Notes under the pieces: model-generated | Database searches by the model: none | What the model saw: the letters and a program-made list of their open reading frames with translations, nothing else | Told to the model about the DNA's origin: nothing | Made by a program: the position numbers and the translations under genes | Part shown: positions 1 through 12,794 of the stretch, piece by piece | Position numbering within the stretch: position 1 is the stretch's first letter | Layout of the letters: every line of letters starts with the position of its first letter | Origin: Botryllus schlosseri | Taxonomy: Eukaryota | Direction of reading: 5' to 3' | Assembly (NCBI GenBank): GCA_051294905.1 | Contig: CM119372.1 | Span: forward strand, 248,001-312,000 | Length of the DNA stretch: 64,000 nucleotides

Positions 1-83
1 TCCTTTCTTTTCATTGCATCGCATTTTTTGTGGTGTATTGAACTGATAAAATTGCTAATAAACCAATGATGATGATGATGATG
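1..83 (+). mobile_element. 3' end of CR1/L2-group LINE with (ATG)n tail
   Basis: Matches the 3' UTR of the LINE at 41849-42669. Further tails at about 1010-1142, 1705-1885(-), 3897-4008, 7215-7286(-), 43160-43392, 59040-59220 and 59730-59757. Confidence 0.85.
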
Positions 84-540
84 AGTTGCCAGAGTAGCCT
101 ATGCGTCCGGTGGCAGTGGGCAATGAGCAAGGTAGCACAAGTTGCTTGGCTCGACTACGAAACGCTTCTTGTATCGATATTGTCAAAGAGAAGAATGTTA
201 TTCGAGTTGGCGTGGTCGGTTAAACCCACGGCCTTCGGCACGAAAGACTGTAAACGACTCTCGGCGGTAGCACGTTTATCTGGATAAGGCAATTTTACAT
301 CGACTCAGCAGACTGACTACCATAAAATCACATGGATGCCATCGTGAAGATAATTAATCACGATGAAAACCCTCCAAATGTCACTCTCTAGCATCATATA
401 ACTGCAAAAAACGGCTGCATGCTTTACATTTTGGCTTAATTCAATTTTGAAAGTTCACCGGTCCGCCAGTCATTTTTTTGAAATTTTACCGGTCCGCGAG
501 GTGAAAAAGGTTGAGAACCACTGGTTTAGAGTCAAGTATA

Positions 541-707
541 CCTGTTTGATGCTGGTGTGGTGTGATCAGACTAGATGACCTTCCCGGTCTTATCGATCAT
601 TCCTATCTAATACCGAATACTGTGCATGCATATTTTCTATACCACCATCAGTGCTGTGTGTTATGTATTTTGGTTGGATGAAAATAAGACTATCTCTCTC
701 TCTCTCT
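541..707 (+). mobile_element. Retroposon 3' end with (TC)n tail (second copy at about 45150-45312)
   Basis: Two similar copies, both ending in (TC)n. Contains CAGACTAGATGACCT, shared with the SINE tails at 15079 and 40895. Confidence 0.6.
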
Positions 708-1234
708 TGTGTGATGTGCTTGCAGCCATTGCTAGCTCAGAGTCGTCGCTACTAACAGTGGCGTAATTTTGGGAGTGAGTTTTGGGGTCGAAACAATCCC
801 ATTTCAAACTCGAAACCCCCTCCTTTAAAATACCCGCATTCTATCTATAATACTTCTATACTCATTTGCAATTCAGGATTCGTTTTACCAGTTACTATAG
901 CTAGTTCTAGTACTATTTTTATAGCACCAGCAAACCTATTTTGAACCTTTTGGTGCTTCGGCGCTATGCTAGCAGTGTTTGAAAGCCAGGAATTAAGCTA
1001 CTATTGTTATTCAGAGTGCATGCCTCCTCTTTACATCGCCTAGGCCAAGGTGAAGGGCTGATTTTAAAGATTACTCAAAGTCCTTGCTTCACCTTCCTAT
1101 CTTTTCATTACATCGCAATTTTTGATAAAAATTGCTAATAAGCCGAACTAACGAATCAGCAAACGAACTACAGAATACGATGCCAAAGAAATCAGCGCTT
1201 TCACATATCGGTTAATGAGTGATCGGTCGACGGT

Positions 1235-1307
1235 GCCGTCGTAGCTCAGTGGTTAGAGCACTGGTCTCGTAAACCAGGGGTCGCGAGTTCGAATCTCGCC
1301 GATGGCT
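1235..1307 (+). tRNA. tRNA-Thr(CGT)
   Basis: 73-nt cloverleaf: acceptor GCCGTCG/CGATGGC, A-box TAGCTCAGTGG, anticodon arm CTGGT-CTCGTAA-ACCAG, T-loop GTTCGAATC, followed immediately by a TTTTT Pol III terminator. Confidence 0.95.
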
Positions 1308-3348
1308 TTTTATATATTTTGATCTAGCGCTGTAGTAGGGCTTATCTATCATCATCATTGGCAATCGCGATAATGAATTTAGTTAGTTACATCATTAGTA
1401 GTTGTAGTTTGATGAATTCAGAACACTGGAAGACATCACAATAGCCAGAAATTAGGAATTTATTCAATCCGACAAGTACAGAACTTATAGTTAAATGGAA
1501 TAAAATATATGGAATAATATATTTAATAATATTCTGTACTAGTCAAAGCACCGATAGTCGTCAAAATTGCCACGCAATTACGAATTTATTCAACCCTGAA
1601 CAATTTTATCAAAGAAACACTGTTGTAGACAGAACTTTAATATACAACTGAATAATTCTTCTTTCCAATTCTCTACTATGAGTCGCTGACCATTACCCAT
1701 GACGACTGTCATCATCATCATCATTGGTTTATCAGCAATTTTATCAGTTCAATACACCACAAAAATGCGATACAATGAAAAGATGGGAAGGTGTCGAAGC
1801 GACTTGGAGTAGTCTATGGAATCAGACACCCACTTTGGCCTACGCGATGTAAAGAGGCCAGGCATGCACATGCACACTGAATGAAAAGTGAACCGAAAAT
1901 ATTCAGGTTCATTTCAATAACAATATTGAACTTCAGTACAGTCCGGGGAAGTATGGAGAAAATCTGCAGACAGATGGATTTTGATCTCACGTTTTCATAG
2001 CTTAACACTTGATACTTCACTATTCTTGAGATTTGGAGAATCGAATGTGTAGTGATAGGCTCAACCAATAATAATCGTCAGATTATATTTTCATCTGACA
2101 TACACAATGTACTAATGCGATTAGACACAATGCGAAGTAATGATCAGATGGCGGGATGCCGACGAACGACCAGTTGCGGTCTCGTCTGGCAAGCGTAAGA
2201 AAAGTGTCGACGAATATCTTTAGCAAATAAAAAGTTAGGAACCAATGTGCCGAAATTAGTCGAAAACCTATCGCATCTGTCATCGTTATACGAAATGGGT
2301 ATTGTTCATGACGAAATATATTCCTGTAAAAAGATGAACAGATATGCAAGCTGCTGACTTGCTTAGACTAAGCGATGCGTCACTAAATATCAGAATAATA
2401 TGATCACCTGAAGTCCTTGTTGACTTGGTCTTGTAAAACGGGGTCTTCTGCGGCCAACATGTTCCCTTACCAACATGTAGCGCCACCAGAAATACCTTTC
2501 ACTGGCGATAATCTAGATCGCTAATGATAAGCGCCTACGTTGACACTGTTTTTACAGCGGGAATCGGATATTGACGCTATTGTGTATGATACAATGTCGT
2601 AGCTATTGTCAAAACGCGCAAGTTATTTGCTCAGGCCGTCGCTCACGATGCCACCAACTATACAACTTTCAAGTCTTGATTTACTTCAAAGAGCATTCTC
2701 ATTCACAACGTTCACGTCTCGTGCGCCAAAACTAATGGTCGACATATAACGGTATAGCTCTAGTTTGGGAGGGATTGGTCAATTCCAAGTCTATTTTCGA
2801 TGCGTTAGTTTCATTTTGTAACGATCGGGTAACCGCAACACAATGGCCATAACAATGACCCGTTGCGACTCTCCAATTGTTCGAACAATGACGATATTTC
2901 AGACTTGGAGGACGGATTCTAGGTGGATCAGTACCTGATCATTATATTGATTTATATTTTCGGAATCGGTGCAACAGTAGCTTTCGATCAAGACCAGATT
3001 CAATAATTTCTGCGCTCTGGACGGAACGAAGCTGCAAAATCGGTCGTTGCCGTTCCGTGTTTAATTTCTATAATGTGGTTGTGTGATTGTGGAACCGGGA
3101 CCGCAAGCACATGGTTTCACCCGCCCAATTAAACAATGATTTTGAGCTCACATATAAGGGTAATCGATGCAACTTCTGGGGGGGGGGGATGCTTGCTATA
3201 TGAATCTGGTTTCTATATACATCTGGTGGTTAAATTATTTGAATGAATTCTGTCAATAATATTGGTCGTTCCATATTTTACTATATAGAAACTATACTCT
3301 CCGCCCACATGATCAGAGTTAGCGGTAGAGCTGGTGGATGATGATGAG

Positions 3349-4059
3349 CAGGGTTGTAATGACTCGAGTCATGACTCGACTCGAGTCCGACTCGAGTCAC
3401 GATTTTCTGATGACTCGACTTGACTCGAGTCATTTTTTCAAAATACGGAAATGACTCGACTCGACTCGAGTCAATCTGTGTATTGACTCGACTTGGACTC
3501 GAGTCATTGCGCATGACTCGATCCAAGTCAATCGACTCGAGACTCAGACGGCCAAGACCGACATTTCATTGTAATTCCGAAGCCAACACACTATTGGGAT
3601 TTCGTCTGTGGGTACTGGTAGGCCTACTTGAATATGCGACCAGAAACTGCTAAATGTGAGGAAAATTGGTATATTATAAATGCGAAACATTCGATATCAC
3701 CAAACAGAGTTATAAAAGGTGGGTTTACCAATACTTTAACTGGAAACTGAGCAGTCTATACAATGACTTGGACTCGGAATCGAGTCATAATTTCATGACT
3801 CGGACTCGACCCTCTGTTCGCTGACTTGGACTCGGACTTGACTCGGTGGTGAATTGAAATGACTCGTCTTGACTGTAGTCAAAACTATAAAAGTGAGATT
3901 CCATAGACAACTCCTAGTCGCTTCGACATCTTCCTTTCTTTTCATTGTATCGCATTTTTTGTGGTGTATTGAACTGATAAATTTGCTAATAAACCAATGA
4001 TGATGATGAAGATTGATCGACTTGTGACTCGGAGCCTTTGTGACTTGGTTACAACCCTG
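3349..4059. mobile_element. hAT-type MITE with GACTCGA subterminal repeats, interrupted by a LINE tail (3897-4008)
   Basis: TIR CAGGGTTGTAA/TTACAACCCTG; TSD ATGATGAG/CTGATGAG. Uninterrupted relative at 50319-50863; fragments near 7350, 19500 and 49870. Confidence 0.85.
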
Positions 4060-5131
4060 CTGATGAGTTCGAAAATGCAGGGAGCGTATATAATTGCTTT
4101 ATAAACGAACCACATCCACTGGTTTCCAACCTTTTATGGTCGCGACTCCATCTCAAATTAGAAAATATTCCGTGGTCCAGATCAAAATCTGACGAGCTGA
4201 TTACTAAAAGAAGTCAGCACCATTTGCCCCGACTTACTCACGGGCTATTTTGGAAGCTGATTACGTTCAACATATTCGCAAACCCCGGAACAAAGGCAAT
4301 AAACGACCCCCGTTTGGAACCACTATCTTTGAATAAAGCATTTATACGGCCTTAACGATCTCTAGGAATATACCGTTCTCCTATAATTGCGATTACAATT
4401 ATAGGCTTATTCCAGTTAATGAAGGTTGTTTTTATTTATATTTTATTGCAGATTTTGCGAAGGTGGTAGTCTCCGTATTAAAATCTATCAATGTGATAGT
4501 AGCCTAAATCAAGCGCAGCGCGAAGAAAAATATCATGCATCAGCATAAATATTCCCAACAAATATTGTTTTTATGCTGATTTACGAAAAAATTATGAACC
4601 CATACGTCAAGTCTTCAAAATTCCGGACATTTGGCATATTTTAGAAATTCCTCCCGGACGCTAGTTTGTACAGTGAAATTCCGGACATGTCCGAGAAATT
4701 CCGGACGTATGACAACCCTAGCATATAGGCCTACATATTTTAGCGATTTGGTGTTTATTACCATCTTTGACTCGGCTTGTGCTCTACTCAAAGGTATATG
4801 ATGATAAGTTAAGTCAAAGTCCAATAGCTTGGGCCGCATGCCATTTAAACTTGGGACAAACAAATTTTCTGTGCGGATTGCAGGTGTTGGGAAAGAGAAT
4901 AATTCAATTCTGTAATGTTTGGCTGCCATAAAAGGAGCCTCTTAAGAGTGTCATTATGCAAAATGTGTCCTAATTGAGTATTCTCCGTGTTCGACCTTGT
5001 AAGTATAGAATGTAAACGTGGAATGGCAACGACCGATTTTTCAGCTTCGTTCCGCTTCGCTGAAGCTTTACTCGGACATATTTTACAGCAGCTACTGTAG
5101 GATTTCTGGCAATCCAAAAGTTGTCTTCCAG

Positions 5132-5592
5132 TCAATCAACCAATCAGCCAGGTTTATTAATATTTTCATCGTTTCAAAACATCACAAGACTGCGATACAA
5201 TGAAAAGATAGGAAGGTGTCGAAACAACTTGGAGTAGCCAGATCAGACACCCACCTTAGCCTAGGCGAAGTGAATAAGAGGCATGCACACTGAATGAAAA
5301 GTAATGCAGAGAATATAAGACGCAAGCGACAAAATGAGGTGGTATGTGGCGGAGGGCGAGGTCGATGTTAGGTCGTGGTCCGGTAATCCTGAAGACTGGC
5401 TAGTATTGATTTAAAAGAAATTGCTTCTATTTCGACGTGAATGCGGACATGCTCGACGACTGTCGGATAGCGCGCGGCGAGATGCTGCTCCACAATTGGG
5501 GTCCGGCATACTTGATAGAGCAATGCGTTTTCTTGTATTCCGTCCTGATCATATGGTAGTTGTTCTTCGTTGACGCGCATGTGCTGTACTGT
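5132..5592 (-). mobile_element. 5'-truncated LINE, diverged subfamily, (ATTG)n tail
   Basis: Encodes QYSTCASTKNNYHMIRTEYKKTHCSIKYAGPQLWSSI, homologous to the ORF2 C-terminus at 41829-42428, followed by a related 3' UTR. Confidence 0.85.
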
Positions 5593-6312
5593 ACACGCGC
5601 GTCCACGTCGTCCAAATATCATATGATCGACCGAAAAGATCATCGCTCTATCAAATATGCCGGACCTAATGTGTGGAACAGTATAAAATCCCCAAAACCG
5701 GTGAATTTTTCCCACTTTGTGATCGGTTGACTAAAAAAAAAAAAAGGTCATCTTTCCCGCTCAGAACTCAAAATACCGCTTTTCTCTCCACATTGCTAGG
5801 TGGATGACTTAAAATAAAAAAGGTCATCTTTTCGCTCAGAGCTAAAATCACCGTTTTTCACCCCGCCGGAGCTTCACTTCTGTGCTAGTTTGCGGCATAT
5901 CACTCGCAATTTGCTTTAAATCTGACCTAAATTTTCAAAAAAGAGGACAAAATCTCAAAAAAGAGGACAAAAGGGCGTCCTCCGAGGACACTTTCAAAAA
6001 AGTCAAAAAAGAGGACGTATGGTAAGCCTACTAAATAAATACAGTCCATCCTCAAGATTACCGGACCACGACTGACCTATCGATCTCGCTTCCCATGACA
6101 TGCCGCCCTATTTCTTGTCGCTTCCTTTTTCTATACTATCTTCTTTACTTTCATTCAGTGTGCATGCCTCCTCTTTACATCGCCTAGGCCAAGGTGGGTG
6201 TCCGATTCCATAGACAACTCCTAGTCGCTTCGACATCTTCCTTTCTTTTCATTGTATCGCATTTTTTTGGTGTATTGAACTGATAAAATTGCTAATAAAC
6301 CAATGATGATGA
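5593..6312 (+). mobile_element. 5'-truncated LINE, (ATG)n tail, with about 60 bp replaced by a one-ended hAT fragment (5685-6031)
   Basis: 5593-5684 and 6030-6312 match 42229-42319 and 42381-42658. The intervening piece ends in GGACGTATGGTAAGCCTA, a TAGG-type hAT terminus with GAGGACA subrepeats. Confidence 0.85.
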
Positions 6313-7527
6313 TTGTGCGCTTTTGCCTCCAGAGCGCAGAATCAACTGAATCTGGTCTTGATCGAAAGCTACTGTGGCATTGATTCGGAAAATATCAATC
6401 AAAATATGGTCAGGCATCCGCACTTAGATGAAAAATCACTGTCAACATCTAAAATCTGCATTGTTCAGATCAATCGTATGACCGCAAAACAATGGCCAAT
6501 TGCGGCTCTTCGATTGTTCGGACAATGCCGATAATTCAGACTTAGAGGGCGAACTCTGACGGGTTCAGTGCGTGATCATATTTTTATTTACATTTTCGGA
6601 GTCAGTGTGACAGTAGCTTCCGATCAATACCAGATTCAGTTGATTCTGCGCTCTGGAAGACAACTTTTGGGTTGCCAGAAATCCTACAGTAGCTGCCGTA
6701 AAATAAATCCGAGTAAAGCTTCAGCGAAGCGGAACGAAGCTGCAAAATCGGTCGTTGCCATTCCACGTTTACATTCTATATTGTAAGCCACTTCGATATA
6801 TTTTAATAAGAAACCACCTGTTTCAAAGGGTCGAGTTTATTTTAAATTGATTTTCGTTTTAAATGCAAACCCTCTACTTGTAGGTACGACTCAATATTAC
6901 ATTTAAAATAGCGATATGCAATTAGGATTATTGCCTCTGTTGGAAGTTGCAGCATGCAAATATTATACTCATCCCGACTCTAAGAAACATAATTTCCCTT
7001 CGGCTTCGCCCCCCTCAAATGCTGTCACCCTCCACTGTTCTATTGCTACATAAAGCAGAAAATACGTTCGTAACTCATGAATAAATTTATAATTTTATAT
7101 TTTATTTCAATAATTAGTGGATAAGCTTACATATCCTTGCATTTTGAAATAGAGATAAAGAATTCTAATATACTTCGCTACTAGGCTACTATGAAGTTGA
7201 AATGGGCCTCCGACATCATCATCATCATCAGCATTGGTTTATTAGCAATTTGATCAGTTCAATACACCACAAAAAATGCGATACAATCCTACTCCACGCC
7301 AATCTCTGGAAAATATCACGAGTAGCGCACTCCAGTGTTTGGATCAAGTCACTGGCTTCGAGTCACGAGTCATCTGGAGTCATTGCACATTTTGACTCGA
7401 GTCAAGTGACTCAAGTCATGATTCAAGACAAATTGAATTTTCGAGCTAGTGATGATGCGAAGCCATCGTGAAATAACGTCGTCAATGCAAGTCGGATTCA
7501 GATTGAGGTTGGCCTCGGCTCAACAGA

Positions 7528-8660
7528 TGTTAGGGAACGATTGAAGAGAATATTTTTTATTTTTATTTTTATTCAGTTTATTCTTACCGAACGTGCGTCG
7601 ACGGCGCAGTTCAGCACTTGTGCGCCACCGCACGGCCGTTGTGTTGATCTCTTCATCCTCGCTGCGTCGTACTATAGAGACTGCAGTCGTACACGTTTTT
7701 GTTTGGCTGCGCGACAGAATCTGATCCTTTCGCTGGAGGTTTGTCTGTTCATCATTCGTGAACAAATCAACGTTTTGGGTTACAACAGGAAACGCTTGTT
7801 GGTGGTGTGAGTCAGGTTTTCGTGGATAGATCAAGTGATTAGCTGTGATTGGGAACATTCTTGCACTGTAACTATAGATGTGTACATGAGAAAACCGGCA
7901 TATTGCAAAAGAGTGAATTATCCAACCCTAACGAGCAAATTAAGAATACAGGTACGGCTCATGCAAGCGCGTCATGTGATTTGCGAGTAAAAACCCGCCA
8001 TCGCATTTTCTACCTGTCCCAGAAACCTCCGTCTGACGTATGTATTGTATAACGAGCCAGTCCAACTTGATATTCTCTTTCTGAACTCTTTCGACTACCC
8101 CAAGTCCATCTCAGAACTGTATTTTGAGCGGCTACTTTGTCACTGACCACAACTTCATCGCAGTTTGACCTCTTTGAGTTTTAGCTTTCGTACATTCTCC
8201 TTACCTTAAAGTCTGGCCGTGCTTCCTTCTGATGTCAGCACCTCTCACCTCACCAGATGGCCTGAACAAGTGAACATGCCTCCTTTTGGCATTTTGTGAT
8301 TAGCTAAATGATTTCTGCTTTCACTTTCCATTACTTGTGAGACAACTGTAGTAATAGCCCGAGTCAAACTTTTCGTCTCGTCACTTTCTTCGACTGATTC
8401 TGGCTGCTGGGGCTACAATTTTTTGAGTTGCTCTGATCAACTTTCTTACGGGTGTTTCATACGGATTTCATGACTCTATTATAACAGCTCTTTCCTGTCT
8501 TACTTCCCTTGACAGCCTGATCCGATTCCTGTGGTGCATACAGAGGTTGACTTCTTTTAATACCTGGGCGTGTCTGTTACTGTTTCAACTCTCTGCATGA
8601 CTAAGTTGAAAAAAGTATGTGCAACTTCTCTGATGATGGTGCAACAAAGAAAGTTGATGT
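7528..8660 (-). mobile_element. Highly decayed LTR retrotransposon remnant, probably BEL/Pao
   Basis: Minus-strand fragments such as RWxLGVVERV and GLARYTIHTSDGG resemble the BEL/Pao post-integrase region. 7528-7787 reads TGTTG...AATAAA...TAACA, like an LTR. No TSD or polypurine tract found. Confidence 0.4.
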
Positions 8661-10218
8661 TCAGTAATATACTCAAACCCCTCGTTTGGAATCGGTGGCA
8701 GGTGCTCACCTGACGGCTTGCCGGGTGCCTTGCTCACTGCTCACAATGTTCCTCATGAATTGGCGCCCCGTGCTCACCTGACAGGGAGGCTCTTGCTCAC
8801 TGCTCACTGCTTGTCTTACCCACGCTATTCTCTCTATAGTTTTTCTTGAAGATCACTCTCGACAAAAAGTGATAGGGAGGATTTTCCTGCGAGTAAATCA
8901 CTATTGTGCGGGTGGCCTATGTATTTCTTATTGGCAATGGTGATTTTCTCGCAGGAAAATCCTCGGTGTCTCACAGGGAACGAGATTGCCTCACAGCAAA
9001 ATCGTCAGTGTCTCACAGGTAACGAGATTGTCTCACACCAAAATCGCCTGTGCTCACAGAGGAATCTTCAATGCTCCCCTGATATATCAGGCAAAACGTG
9101 TCTTGGAAAGTTTGAGAATCACTGTTCCAAGGTAAATACTCCCTAAAATAATTTTTATGTTTAATTTCTGGTGCGACAGCCCGATTTCAAGGCCCCTGCA
9201 GTTTGAAAGGATTCAACTGCTAAACATCATAGAAATCCTAAACGATGTTTACATAATTCGGATCACGAGTGGGATTTCAAATTGGCCATTCCAGTTTAAA
9301 TTATCTCGGCGATGTGCTTATAAAAAACGATTCGCGCGTGTCTTAGGTAGATTCCTTCTCAGTATGCGCAGAATTGGGGTATTTATATTTTATCTACACA
9401 TGGGAGAAGTGTGTTTGAAGCTAGCATTAATAAGATGCTGTCAGCATTGTGTGTCCTGGAACTGAACCAAAAGTGGAATTAGTAAATCTATAACATATCG
9501 CTGCTCACAGATTTAAATTTCAATCCGGTTCTAAGAATCGGGACAACCGACTTTCATCTCTATAGTTTTGACAAATTGTTTATTGAGTTCGACCAGCCGA
9601 TGAAATGTCGCCACTATGTTTCTGACGCGAGTACGATATCATCAAAGCAATGTTTGGTTTGTTTTAAATGAGTACATATATTATCTCCATGTCCTCACTA
9701 TATTATCAAATACCAATATTGCGTTTTGGTTTATAATTCCAATTTTGTATAGTGCGGCCCGCGACTGGATTTAGATGTTGAATGCGGCCCGCGAGCTCAA
9801 AAGTTTGCCCACTCCTGGTCTAGAGCTACTGAATAAATGCAGAACTGATGAATTTAAAGCAGATATGTTTAGAAAGCGAAAGTTTTAGTCAAATTACCCC
9901 ACCTACTCATGTTCCCCCCTCCCCCCCTACTTACAGCTTAGCCTAAGTGTTCCGCAGGTTGTTGAATATTAACAGGATTACTAGTGAACTCGGCCCTCGG
10001 TGAATTTTGTATTAAAACAGCATGATACTTTAGCTACCTGAGCATGCTACTTGCGCCAAAAAACTATAGTGACGACAGATTCTCAATTTTGGGTAGAGGC
10101 CGCACACTTTTCCACTTGTCCGCGCTGTTGATGTATTGCATATGAAATGTAGGCTTATCTGTAATCAATTACATTACCCTGTAACCTACTAGAATTCATA
10201 GAATTATTTTGATCTGTG

Positions 10219-11997
10219 ATGCCTTTACCTTTGCTTGCAATTCGCGGGAAGGGCGAAAACTCCCTGATTTTGTCGGAATGCAATCCAAAAGTGGAATTCA
10301 AGGAGGATTTACTGCCGACACGAAATGTACGTGACATACCGAACAAAACATGTCGTGTCATGCAGTTTAGTAACGACGGGGCAGTTTTTGTGTACTGCAA
10401 TAGCGAGGACACTCTCGTTTTGGATTCGAAGTATTTGAAAATCGTGAAAAAGCTACAAATTTCGAAAGCGTGCGGGATTCACTTTTCCCCGGATGATAAA
10501 ATTCTGTCTGTTTTGGAGCCTTATTTTACAAATAAGGAATTTCCAAACGGGAAAAAGAATTTGAAGATTTTTGATGTTGAATCGTGGAACTGCATCTCGG
10601 AAATGAAACAAAAATCGCAATCGCAATGGCACCCGCAATGGGTTGGTGATACCGATATCTTTGCGAGACTGATGACAAACAATTTATTCTTTTATCAAGG
10701 CAAGGACTTCGAAAATGTTGTCGCGAAATTACATATCGAAAAATTGGAAAGCTTCCAAGTCACCCCGAAAAGCAGCTCTGTCAAAAGAGTAGCTGTTTTC
10801 ATTCGCGGGTCAAAAGGGGGTCCTTCGTCTGTGCGTATTTTTGACTATCCCAATTTCAAGCCAGACCAAGTGTTAGCTAATAAAAGCTTTTTCAAAGCAG
10901 ACACCGTCACAATGGTTTGGAACGCGAACGGGTCTGCTTTATTAATACGAGCCGCTATGGAAGTAGATACAACAGGTGCTTCCTACTATGGTGAACAATC
11001 GTTACATTTTATGAATGCGAATGGGGACACATCGATTGTACAGCTACCCAAAAATGGACCCATTTATGATGTAGCATGGGATCCGCGTTCTACCAAATTT
11101 TGTGTTACTTACGGATTCATGCCTGCGAAAGCCAGCATTTTTAATCTTAAATGCAACATCGTACATGATTTTGACGCTTCGCCCAAAAATCTCTGTGTTT
11201 ATAATCCACACGGAAATATATTGCTGCTGGCTGGGTTCGGAAATTTACGGGGAAGTGTTGAAATTTGGCGTAATGATGATCTAGGCATCAAACAGATCGG
11301 ACATGTGGAAGCCCCTGACACTACACAGTTAGAATGGTGTCCCGATGGGGAGCATTTCGTGACAGCTACCACAACTCCTCGTTTGAGAGTCAATAATGGA
11401 TATAAAATATGGCATTACTCCAAAAATCAACCGATTACCGTACAACGTTGGCCCGCGGAGTTACATGAAGTCTCCTGGCAGCCTTTTCCACCTGGAATCT
11501 TTCCTAAGCCCGAAATCTCAAGCGTGATACCGCCGAAAAGTAAAGCCATTGGAGCACCAAAGCCTAAGTCTTACGTGCCGCCGCACGCAAGGGGTAGATC
11601 TGACTATTCTGCCGCGAAATTCAAACAGGAAGAGGATGAAACTCCGAAAGAAGAGAATCTATCGAAGGCCGCGCTGAAGAATAAGAAAAGGAGAGAAGCC
11701 GCGAGGAAGAAGAAAGAATCAGACGAGTCTCACTTGTCCTCGTCTCAAAAAGACGCGGTAGCGATGGCTAAGTATCTGTTGGGCGACAATCAGAGTGGTC
11801 AGTTTCAAAACACGGTTGCAAATTCTGATACGGAAAAAAAACTGAAAAATCTGAGAAAGAAGCTTCAACAAATCGAAAAACTAAAGCAGCATCAAAAGAC
11901 CGGGAAACAGCTGGAAAAAAATCAGCTTGAAAAATTAGCGACAGAGCCGGACATCGTTGCACAGATTCGTAGCTTGGAAATCGGTTCAACTACGTAA
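10219..11997 (+). CDS. EIF2A: Eukaryotic translation initiation factor 2A, single coding exon, 592 aa
   Basis: Motifs LANKSFFKAD, EVDTTGASYYGEQSLH, GPIYDVAW, YGFMPAKA, AGFGNLRG, ATTTPRLRVNNGYKIWHY, YVPPHARG and the C-terminal GKQLEKNQLEK. ATG at 10219; the ORF track starts at an upstream GTG. Confidence 0.97.
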   Translation: MPLPLLAIRGKGENSLILSECNPKVEFKEDLLPTRNVRDIPNKTCRVMQFSNDGAVFVYCNSEDTLVLDSKYLKIVKKLQISKACGIHFSPDDKILSVLEPYFTNKEFPNGKKNLKIFDVESWNCISEMKQKSQSQWHPQWVGDTDIFARLMTNNLFFYQGKDFENVVAKLHIEKLESFQVTPKSSSVKRVAVFIRGSKGGPSSVRIFDYPNFKPDQVLANKSFFKADTVTMVWNANGSALLIRAAMEVDTTGASYYGEQSLHFMNANGDTSIVQLPKNGPIYDVAWDPRSTKFCVTYGFMPAKASIFNLKCNIVHDFDASPKNLCVYNPHGNILLLAGFGNLRGSVEIWRNDDLGIKQIGHVEAPDTTQLEWCPDGEHFVTATTTPRLRVNNGYKIWHYSKNQPITVQRWPAELHEVSWQPFPPGIFPKPEISSVIPPKSKAIGAPKPKSYVPPHARGRSDYSAAKFKQEEDETPKEENLSKAALKNKKRREAARKKKESDESHLSSSQKDAVAMAKYLLGDNQSGQFQNTVANSDTEKKLKNLRKKLQQIEKLKQHQKTGKQLEKNQLEKLATEPDIVAQIRSLEIGSTT

Positions 11998-12139
11998 TCT
12001 TTGTTTGCGGTCGCTATTTTTCGGTGATTGTCTCGCAACTTTGTAGTGATAATGGCAGAAAATGGTGTGATGCTGACACTTGTGTATAAGAGGCTTTTGC
12101 AGGCGCAGAACATCAGTATACATTTGAATGATATAAATT

Positions 12140-12569
12140 TAGACTTGTGCAAACTACTGGATTTAGGTATTACGCGAAACTAAAACTACTCACTTTACGC
12201 AACTCGCAAGTAGAACTAGAACTGCTTTTGAAAATGCACAACTAGAGCTACAACTACTCACTTTTCACAGCTCAGAACTTGAACAACTTACCTCTCAAAA
12301 CTGGAACCACTCCTTTTTGAAAATCTGAATTAGAACTACATACTTTTCAAAATGCGCAACTAGAACTACTTGAATATAACAGTCTTTGAAAATCGACAGC
12401 TAATTAGATTGAATTGTGAATCTGGAGAAAAAGGAAAGAAAAATCGTTGTTTTGATGTGCAATGAAGAGAACTCGCTTTTCGAAAACCCGCAACTTGAAA
12501 AAAACCTGCTCAAATAACGAGCAGCTCATTTACAGCCAACTAACTATATTGGTGGTTTGTACAAGTCTG
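12140..12569. mobile_element. MITE with an internal tandem array (TAGAACTACTCACTTTTCAAAA-like units)
   Basis: Ends AGACTTGTGCAAACT / GGTTTGTACAAGTCTG. The same array occurs at about 23485-25290, 38690-39900, 51860-52550 and 56120-56392. Confidence 0.7.
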
Positions 12570-12794
12570 GATATATTGAACTGAAACCAAATGTTTTCGG
12601 CTGACACTCGTCGGAGTTCATTGTCAGCAACGAGTGGAGAATCGGAAATAAATTTATGACGTGAGAATTTGAGTAATCAGGGCGGATAGATGGCTAAAGC
12701 TCGGTGTACTATTTCTAGATTATGATTGCACATGCACATTATTATACGATTGTTTGCTGACGCTCTGTGATCATCTCATCTAGACTAGATAGCT

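Larger units (their letters stand above)
5004..6780. mobile_element. P/Galileo-type foldback element with a nested 1.2-kb LINE insertion
   Basis: Long TIRs starting TATAGAATGTAAACGTGGAATGGCAACGACC; exact 7-bp TSD TTGTAAG (4997-5003 and 6781-6787). The left arm breaks at 5131 and resumes at about 6333. Confidence 0.8.
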
